Of a stretch of 64,000 nucleotides of DNA, positions 59,348 to 64,000 are shown piece after piece (within the stretch, counting starts at the first letter, position 1; each line of letters opens with the position of its first letter). This DNA comes from a virus. Lineage: Duplodnaviria > Caudoviricetes. The translations under genes were made by a program, and so were the position numbers. The notes under the pieces are model-generated. The model worked only from the letters and a program-made list of their open reading frames with translations, searched no databases and was not told the DNA's origin. Where the stretch lies: the IMG/VR virus record IMGVR_UViG_3300035208_006730; one strand, written 5' to 3'.

Positions 59348-60002
59348 TTTGGATAAAATTAGTGGAGATAAAATGGTAAAAAATCAATTTGACGATATCA
59401 TTAATTTTACAGAAAAACTTAAGAATCTAACCGCAGATCTTACTATTTGTAATGCTTCTGCATTTAGTTACAAACTTGAAGATCTGAAAAAATATATTGA
59501 AAATAATAAGAACGTAACAAATGCCCGCAATATTTTAGAGATATATGATGCTATCGAACATTGGGATTCTGATATAGATTTTCCAGAGCTTTGCAAGAAA
59601 TTCAACAAACTAAAAAATAAATTAGCACGTATATCTAAAGCAATCAAAGATAAGAATACTCGTCTCGCAAAACAAATTAGCGAGATTATGGAGAACAAAT
59701 GATTTGCGCCAAGTGTTCTAATTTCGGAAGATTATTCTGTTATTCCAGTCATCGAACAACAGAATGTGACTCTTTTATTCCCAATAAATCTTTGGAAAAT
59801 GAAATATCTTTACAATTAGATCCAATTCAAAGAACTTTTCTTCGAGATCTAGTTCAAAGTATTATTTTTTCTTGTGAAGCTGAATTGGGAAAAACTTATC
59901 TTTCTCTCAAAGATCAAGAAAAGAATAATCTCTTTTGGGAATTCAGAAGACAAATGGCTATTACACTTTACGGACAACTGAAGGAATAATAAATGATAAC
60001 AG

Positions 60003-60034
60003 GTCGCGCCCCGCGCGGGCGCGTGGATTGAAAC
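60003..60034 (+). CRISPR. Solitary type I-C CRISPR repeat (32 nt), no array
   Basis: GTCGCGCCCCGCGCGGGCGCGTGGATTGAAAC, GC-rich within an AT-rich intergenic gap. Confidence 0.85.
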
Positions 60035-60075
60035 AACAGACGTATGGACAATATCTTGGAAATAAGGAGAGAAAA

Positions 60076-60264
60076 ATGGGAAGAGTAGAAGCATTTGCCT
60101 GTGACTTTTGCAAAAGAATCTTGTCGGGAGATATTTTTAAAATAACAGGAATAATTAAAGGAGAAGAGATTAATCTCGATTCTAGGGATTTCGGAGGTGA
60201 AATGATTTTGTGCAAGCATTGTTTTGCTAAATCTCTTGGATTTGAAGTAGTAACTAAAAGATGA
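60076..60264 (+). CDS. Small Zn-finger protein
   Basis: AAGGAG RBS; CDFC...CKHC. Confidence 0.65.
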   Translation: MGRVEAFACDFCKRILSGDIFKITGIIKGEEINLDSRDFGGEMILCKHCFAKSLGFEVVTKR

Positions 60265-60836
60265 GAACATTTCTTTCAATAGATCTTGATTATTTCAACA
60301 GACATTTGAAATCAATAGATCCATTTTTCAAACAATTAATCAGAAAGAAATGTTACTGGTCTATCTGTTGTGAACATCAACAAATGCTCACTGATATTTT
60401 AACTTTTGGTCCTGACAAAATAATTAATATTGATGCTCATTCAGATCTCTATTATGAAAAAGAGGATTCTAATCAACTTGGATGTGGTAATTGGCCCAAA
60501 TTCATTCCTAATCCAGAAAAGATCTCTTGGGAATGGCGATATTCAAAACCAAACCTAACCAATGAAGATAGAATCTATCTGAATGACAAATTCAAAGAAG
60601 TAAAGACAAAGAAGGGTCTTCATGGAGTTTTAGATCAAGAAATTTTTGCAATTGGGATTTGCTGTTCCTTTAGCGATGATTATACTTCAGAGGAAGTTCT
60701 TCCTCGAATTAGACCTTGGTTTGAAAAGATACAAAGACATGACCCTCCTATTTGTAGAACTGGAATAGATTATTCCGGTCATCTTTCAAGATGTGCTAAC
60801 TGTCCACTAGAAGAGGAAGAAGACAATGGATTGTGA
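60261..60836 (+). CDS. Arginase/UPF0489-like metallohydrolase
   Basis: LSIDLDYF...EH...INIDAHSD...GNW. Confidence 0.75.
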   Translation: MRTFLSIDLDYFNRHLKSIDPFFKQLIRKKCYWSICCEHQQMLTDILTFGPDKIINIDAHSDLYYEKEDSNQLGCGNWPKFIPNPEKISWEWRYSKPNLTNEDRIYLNDKFKEVKTKKGLHGVLDQEIFAIGICCSFSDDYTSEEVLPRIRPWFEKIQRHDPPICRTGIDYSGHLSRCANCPLEEEEDNGL

Positions 60837-61118
60837 TATTCATCTGTACGTAGAAGCTCTTCGAGAATGCGATAATAATTCTAAATTGAAATATCAGTTC
60901 GAATAGCCTCGGAAGCGTAAAACTCTCAATTTAGGAAGATTAATGTCAAAGCTCAATGATAAACTCATTAGGGTTCTACAAGACTGTATTCATTCTATTA
61001 AAACCTATCATTCCTATGACTACTGTTACACTTCTGAATGCGCTGCTTGCCAAACAAGAAAAGACGCTGAGGAAGTTATCAGAGAATTAAAAAAGGCAAA
61101 GGGCGAAAAACCAAAGAA

Positions 61119-61508
61119 ATGAATATCAAACTCCTCCAACTTCTTGGATTTCGTCTTTTTGAACTTCGAGATCGAAGAGGAGTTATCTCTCAAGGAATTT
61201 GTGCTATAGGCGAACGTCCTTCCGGATTCATCTTCAAGAATATTTCCTGGTTAAAATTCAATCAACAAACAATTAACGTTGACTGTACTATTCCAGATCT
61301 AGAAACTCCAGAAGGATTTCTTTTGATCTTAAAAGTTTTAGCAAAGAAGGGTTATTGTCTTCTCTTTTCGATAGATAGAAAAACAGATATTTGGAGAGTT
61401 GAATTGCAGGATCGTCAAGGATTTTTTATCTCGGCACAAACTGGAAAAGATCCAATCTCAACTCTTCTTGAATGCATTCAGAACCTTAATGCAGTGGAGG
61501 AAATATGA
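61119..61508 (+). CDS. Hypothetical protein
   Basis: Coupled ORF. Confidence 0.6.
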   Translation: MNIKLLQLLGFRLFELRDRRGVISQGICAIGERPSGFIFKNISWLKFNQQTINVDCTIPDLETPEGFLLILKVLAKKGYCLLFSIDRKTDIWRVELQDRQGFFISAQTGKDPISTLLECIQNLNAVEEI

Positions 61509-61984
61509 AAGTAAAGTGCATCAATTCTGATGGTCGTGAAAAATTTTTAACAGTTGGAAAAGTATATGAAGTTGCAGACAAAGACGATACTTATTATTTC
61601 ATAAATACTAACGATGAAGCCTTCAGTTTCCATAAGAATAGGTTCATTGAGCCAAATCTTTGGGAATCAAAGCATTCTTACTATTGTGAAGAAAGTGGCG
61701 ATCATCAGTTTTATTCTTCTTGGGAAGAATTTCTTGAAAATTGCAACGATTTAGATGATGATTTGAATTTTATCTTTCGTTGGGATTGGAAAGAAAAAGA
61801 TGAACACACCGTAGAACCAGATGATTCTTCTTTCCAAGAAGTTCTACTTCTTTATCGAGTATTGCAAAGAAAAGGACGTCTGACTTCTCAAGAGATTTTA
61901 GTTCGACGGGACCAAGAACCTGAGATCAAAGAGTGGCTTCGGAAAAAATTTGATTATCTCAAAAAACTTTGGGAACCGCTTTGA
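61505..61984 (+). CDS. MKVKCI-type domain fused to an HSYYC/FRWDW phage domain
   Basis: GGAGG RBS; two-module architecture. Confidence 0.65.
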   Translation: MKVKCINSDGREKFLTVGKVYEVADKDDTYYFINTNDEAFSFHKNRFIEPNLWESKHSYYCEESGDHQFYSSWEEFLENCNDLDDDLNFIFRWDWKEKDEHTVEPDDSSFQEVLLLYRVLQRKGRLTSQEILVRRDQEPEIKEWLRKKFDYLKKLWEPL

Positions 61985-62173
61985 GACCTCGCTATTTGAA
62001 GCATTCTGACGTTACTCTTCAGGAGAAAAATCTTTCTGATAAAGATTACAATGGTCTTTGGCATCCAGTAACAAGAGAAATAACAATTAGAGAAGATCTT
62101 TCAAAAGCGGCTAAAGTAACAATTCTTTTGCATGAAGCAATGCATTTTGCTGAAACTGAGTTAAAAAAGAGAA
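61981..62173 (+). pseudogene. ImmA/IrrE-like HExxH metallopeptidase gene interrupted by the IscB element
   Basis: GLW...ITIREDLS....TILLHEAMH; the frame runs into the IS end at 62174. Confidence 0.65.
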
Positions 62174-62430
62174 GTCAATCACCCCTGAATAAATTCAGGG
62201 GCTTGAGTTGTGAAACTTAAGGGTAACAGGTTGATTAGGGGGCTTAAGGAGAAATCTTTTATGCAAACGTTACAAAGAGAGTTTAAGAACGTACCTACGG
62301 ATGCTTCACTAGTCTGTAGCTCTACAAGTTGTGAGTTAAACAGAGAGGAAACTCTCAGTGCTCATAGCAAAGTACTGATTTGTAACAATCCCGAAGTGAA
62401 TCAACATCAACTACAAACTGGTGGACTTAA
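62174..62430 (+). ncRNA. IscB omegaRNA scaffold (HEARO-like)
   Basis: GTCAATCACCCC..GGGGCTTG..GTTGATTAG..CCTACGGATGCTTCACTAGTCTGTAGCTCT..CCCGAAGTGAA; 3' boundary approximate. Confidence 0.8.
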
Positions 62431-63622
62431 AGTCAAGGTGTTTGTATTAAACATTAATGGAAAGCCATTAATGCCTTGTTCAATCACAAAAGCAAGACAT
62501 TTATTGCAAGGAGGAAGAGCTAATGTAGTTAAAAGATTCCCATTTACAATTAAATTGAATTTTGAATGTGAAAATAAAGTACAAGAAGTTAATTTAGGCA
62601 TTGATAGTGGTGCAAAGTTTATAGGTTTTTCAGCTACTTCTGAAAAGAAAGAGTTAATGTCAGGAACTTTAGTGTTAGATTTAAAAACAAAAGATCGATT
62701 AGATGAAAAAAGAATGTATCGTAGGAAACGTAGAAATAAATTAAGATATAGAAAACCAAGATTTAATAATAGAAAAAGAAAGACTGATTGGTTAGCACCT
62801 TCTATAGAAAGAAGATACCAAACTCATTTGACTTTGATAGAAAAAATTAAAAATTTACTACCTATTAAAAATGTTATAGTTGAGGTAGCAAAATTTGATA
62901 TACAAAAAATAATGAATCCTGAAATTAGTGGTGTTGAATATCAGCAAGGTAATCTTTATGAATATCAAAATATAGTTAGTTATCTTCAAGTAAGACAGGA
63001 TAATATTTGCGCTTATTGCAAGAAAGAATTTAAAGGTGAATCAAAAGCTACACATCATATTTACAGGCATGGTGATAATCGTAGAACAAATAGATCTGAA
63101 GGTTTAATTTTATTACATAAGAAATGTCACATTGATTTGCATGAGAAACATAGAGAAAAAGAATTTCAAAAACCTGTTAAAAGATATGAGCAATCAACAT
63201 TTATGTCAATAATACATAAGAGATTTTTTAAAGATATATCTGATTTACATGTAACTTATGGTTATATTACACAGGTGAAACGTAATAATTGTAATATAGA
63301 GAAAACTCATTATAATGATGCATTTATAATATCTGGTGGTAGTAATCAAATAAGAAGCAAACCTATAACTATAGAACAAAAGCATAGAAACAATAGAGTT
63401 TTACAGTTAAATAGGAAAGGTTTTAAACCATCAATTAAAAGAGAAAGAAGTAAAATATTGCCGAAAGATTTGTTTTGGTCAAATAATATTAAATATACTT
63501 GCAAAGGGATGTTTAATAAAGGTAAATATGTTTTATTTGGTGACTCTAAAAAGAAAGAATATATTAAGTTTACATTGATAGATAATATTTACAATTTTGG
63601 AAGTTTTGTATGGAATATCTAA
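62261..63622 (+). CDS. iscB: IscB RNA-guided nuclease
   Basis: PLMP; RuvC-I LGIDSG; Arg-rich bridge helix; RuvC-II VEV; HNH (CAYC..HH..N..CH); RuvC-III HYNDA; AAGGAG RBS before ATG 62261. Confidence 0.93.
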   Translation: MQTLQREFKNVPTDASLVCSSTSCELNREETLSAHSKVLICNNPEVNQHQLQTGGLKVKVFVLNINGKPLMPCSITKARHLLQGGRANVVKRFPFTIKLNFECENKVQEVNLGIDSGAKFIGFSATSEKKELMSGTLVLDLKTKDRLDEKRMYRRKRRNKLRYRKPRFNNRKRKTDWLAPSIERRYQTHLTLIEKIKNLLPIKNVIVEVAKFDIQKIMNPEISGVEYQQGNLYEYQNIVSYLQVRQDNICAYCKKEFKGESKATHHIYRHGDNRRTNRSEGLILLHKKCHIDLHEKHREKEFQKPVKRYEQSTFMSIIHKRFFKDISDLHVTYGYITQVKRNNCNIEKTHYNDAFIISGGSNQIRSKPITIEQKHRNNRVLQLNRKGFKPSIKRERSKILPKDLFWSNNIKYTCKGMFNKGKYVLFGDSKKKEYIKFTLIDNIYNFGSFVWNI

Positions 63623-63999
63623 CTAAAAATCATTCAAAATATTTATTGCAATATCATATTATATTTGTGGTAAAGTATAGATTAAAAATTATTGATCAAT
63701 TTCCAATTAAAGATATATGTAGTCAATTATCTATTAATGATAATTATATCATTAAAGTAATGGAAGTTGATAAGGATCATATACATTTATTAGTTCAAGC
63801 TGAACCAAAAATAAGTCCATTATATATTGTTAAAAAACTTAAAGGAAAATCTACGATAATATTATGGAAAAATTATTCTCAAATATTGACAAGATATTTT
63901 TGGAAAGAACATACTTTTTGGTCTGATGGTTATTTTGTATCTACTATCGGCAATGTTTCAGAGCAGACATTACAGAAATATATTAATGAGCAAGGTTAA
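63610..63999 (+). CDS. tnpA: IS200-family Y1 (HUH) transposase
   Basis: YHIIFVVKYR, DHIHLL, FWSDGYF, KYI..Q. Confidence 0.93.
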   Translation: MEYLTKNHSKYLLQYHIIFVVKYRLKIIDQFPIKDICSQLSINDNYIIKVMEVDKDHIHLLVQAEPKISPLYIVKKLKGKSTIILWKNYSQILTRYFWKEHTFWSDGYFVSTIGNVSEQTLQKYINEQG

Positions 64000-64000
64000 G

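Larger units (their letters stand above)
62174..64000 (+). mobile_element. IS200/IS605-family element carrying omegaRNA, iscB and tnpA (far end outside the window)
   Basis: End GTCAATCACCCCTGAAT-AA-ATTCAGGGGCTTG; markedly more AT-rich than the phage. Confidence 0.9.

Noticed and set aside
60826-60906. MDCDIHLYVE... 26-aa ORF
   Set aside because: Probably a truncated remnant of a common phage gene; too short to call.

Overview
A 64-kb segment of a large (jumbo-type) tailed dsDNA phage, standard genetic code, with two divergent arms. Left arm (1-27170, minus strand) is the late/virion operon: head-completion proteins, an Ig-like protein, major capsid protein, a probable decoration protein, prohead protease-scaffold, an intein-containing portal with a MuF-like C-terminus, a large terminase with two inteins 16 codons apart, four glycine-zipper proteins and a 1151-aa exonuclease-nuclease-kinase fusion. 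A solo tnpB element sits at the head of this operon. A divergent control region (three RHH proteins, an antirepressor, a shared palindrome) follows. The right arm (28680-64000, plus strand) holds many small early/accessory genes, four tRNAs, two SSBs, dCMP deaminase, an HNH endonuclease, a duplicated hexapeptide-repeat gene and an IscB+TnpA element. The most notable unexplained signals are: (i) two solitary type I-C CRISPR repeat-like units with the same 11-nt handle but different stems, each just upstream of a ribosome-binding site; (ii) a ~350-nt structured RNA in the tRNA cluster whose closing domain resembles the 23S rRNA GTPase-associated centre; (iii) a second ~500-nt structured non-coding region; (iv) the polyvalent exonuclease-SNase-kinase protein. 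Family names come from motif recognition by eye. No database searches or folding programs were run.
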